Source: Felis catus (taxonomy: Eukaryota). From it: a DNA stretch of 64,000 bases. The position numbers and the translations under genes are program-made. The DNA is taken from NCBI RefSeq assembly GCF_018350175.1, contig NC_058368.1, forward strand, positions 101,868,001 to 101,932,000. The letters are read 5' to 3'. This document shows, in pieces, positions 62,017 through 64,000 of the stretch. A model generated the notes under the pieces. It was not told where the DNA came from. It saw only the letters and a program-made list of their open reading frames with translations, and made no database searches. Numbering within the stretch: the first letter of the stretch is position 1; every line of letters begins with the position of its first letter.

Positions 62017-63084
62017 GAGAGTGGGATGCCTAAAAGGAAAACGATGCTGAGAAAAATCTTGCAATACATGCATATTTATTTATTCATAAATTATATGCAT
62101 GTAGTATCATTATTAACTCGTATCTAAAGGCAGAACATACATTTGAGATTACAGCCATTTCTAATAACGATATGCATAAAACCATATTTGAAACCGTCTT
62201 CTTAATAATTCCAATTTTGTTGGCTAAGTACTTGTCAGATCTTTTTACGGTTGGTTTGTGGCATTTTTCCTTAAATGAATATTGACGGCTGCTGAGCTCA
62301 CTTGAAAAGCAACAGTGATACCTCTGCCAATGTCTAGTTGTTTGCTGGGGTCTGCATCACAATTGCAACTTCTACTTCATGGTTTTTCTGCCATAACCTC
62401 TTAAAGTCACTTGCCCTTTTTAATGAAGAATGGTCTCTCAACAAAGTGGGTGGTAGAACGCACGGACTTCTTAAACCCGGCACACAGAAACTACAATGAA
62501 CATCTGTGCACCACGTGTGACACACGACAGTGTGACGTACGAGCTAGGTAAGATGGTCTGGGTCACTTCACAAGCGCGGTGATTAGGAAATCAGGAAAAA
62601 TTAATGTACTTCCTATTTTTAGACAGCAAAGAGGGACATTATAATAGTTTCTTCCTGTATTCCATCTGGTTCACCCACTGGGCCATGTGCCCCCAGTCTG
62701 GAGCCCACTGGCTGCCATGACTTACATCCGAAAATGGAAAAACAGAACATGACTAAAGGAAAGTGCGATTGTTAATTCCTCAATACGTTGTGCTCCGAGG
62801 ACAAACCAAATTGAAAAATCAAGACAAGATGACAACACAGGTGAGGATCAAACTACATTAATTTCTAGTGATATTTATCGAAAGAGACAGGATGACTACT
62901 TTCCTAGAAGAGAAGGAACCAGAGTAACATAGGAGAGGGAGAGGTGACTCTGGGAGAGGTAACTCAGCATGTGGGAGACTGACGCGGCTGGCTGGGCAAA
63001 CAGATAAAACTGAAGAGGAAGAATAAGGCGGTTGATGAGAGCAAATTTCGGTAAAAATGAGAACTAGAAATGCAGTGGCAATCA

Positions 63085-63303
63085 GGGGCACCTGAGCGGC
63101 TCAGTCGGTTAAGCGTCCGACGTCAGCTCAGGTCATGATCTCCCGGGTTCATGAGTTCGAGCCCCGTGTCGGACTCTGTGCTGACAGCTCGGAGCCTGAA
63201 GCCCGCTTCGGATTCTGTGTCTCCCTCTGTCTGCCCCTCCCCTGCTTGCACGCTGTCTCTCGCATTGTCTCAAAATAAACATTAAAAAAAAAAATTTTTT
63301 TTA
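63085..63303 (+). mobile_element. CAN-SINE
   Basis: Complete; imperfect TSD agaaatgcagtggcaatca / agaatttcagtggaaatca. Confidence 0.93.
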
Positions 63304-63589
63304 AGAATTTCAGTGGAAATCAAACTAAGGAAGAAAAAATATATTTTAATTATGGATAGGCTTAAGAAGATGCTTTTGTTGTCACGATACAGTGGTAATA
63401 AAATAGAAGAGAGTTATTATCCCCCTGAGATGCTGCCTTTACCTTTTTTATCACTGGTAAGAGCAGCTCTTCATCTGCAGGTGCACTGAGTTACAAAGAC
63501 TCAGGGATAGGACTTTCTCACTTCGTATCCTTGTCTCCACCTTACGAAACAAGTCCTCTCCTCCCCTGAAGCTCAGAGCCTCTTTATAA

Positions 63590-63908
63590 AAAATCTTTAA
63601 ATTTAAATTTTTTATTTTTTTGAGGGACAGAGAGAGAGAACGTGTGTGCAAGCAAGGGAGGGGCAGTGACGGAGGGACAGAGAATCTCAAGTAGGCTCCA
63701 TCCTGCCAGCACGGAGCCTGACACAGGGCTCGATCCCACGAACCATGAGATTGTAAGCTGAGCCAAAATCAAGACTTGGATGCTTAGCAAACTTAAAGGG
63801 GCCCCTCATCCATTTTTTAAAGTAAGCTCCATGCCCAATGTGGGGCTTGAACTCACAACCGTGAGATCAAAGTCACACGCTCTACTGACTCAGCCAGCCA
63901 GCACCCCG
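63590..63908 (-). mobile_element. Two tandem antisense CAN-SINE pieces within one TSD
   Basis: SINE body 63600-63800 plus head fragment 63815-63907; gctcagagcc(t/c)cttt on both sides. Confidence 0.8.
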
Positions 63909-64000
63909 CTCAGAGCCCCTTTCTGTGCCACTGTGGTCCTCTCCTTCCGGTCCCATTAAGACCCTAATTCTCAATTTCTGCCCGTCTGCCTGCCTTCTCA

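Noticed and set aside
6950..63790. Recurring ORFs such as 'AQSVKRPTSAQVMIS...SPASGSVLTAQSLEPASDS' suggesting a protein family
   Set aside because: They are translations of CAN-SINE copies.

Overview
Mammalian genomic DNA, almost certainly a felid (cat family). It carries about 37 tRNA-derived CAN-SINEs, many of the young felid SINEC_Fc type with intact target-site duplications (TSDs), plus felid and carnivore LINE-1 3' ends. I found no host protein-coding exon, RNA gene or CpG-island promoter that I could recognise, so the window reads as intronic or intergenic. Every ORF with recognisable protein content is LINE-1: ORF2p reverse-transcriptase and C-terminal pieces at about 20.8-22.1 kb and 54.2-56.9 kb, and decayed ORF1p at about 13.3 kb and 58.7-59.4 kb. 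The rest is older repeats (L1M, L2, MIR, MLT1 LTRs, an ERV LTR, MER5-like DNA transposons), microsatellites, and repeat-poor unique blocks (about 28-30, 34.6-45.6, 48.2-52.5 and 60-63 kb) that may hold regulatory elements or lncRNA exons. The points of interest are structural: nested and inverted SINE clusters, a tail-less inverted SINE fusion, a fold-back inside an old L1, very short TSD-flanked L1 insertions, two candidate CTCF sites and a speculative set of minus-strand exon-like segments. I cannot support a novel biological system from this sequence. Repeat subfamily names are recognised by eye and boundaries of old repeats are approximate.
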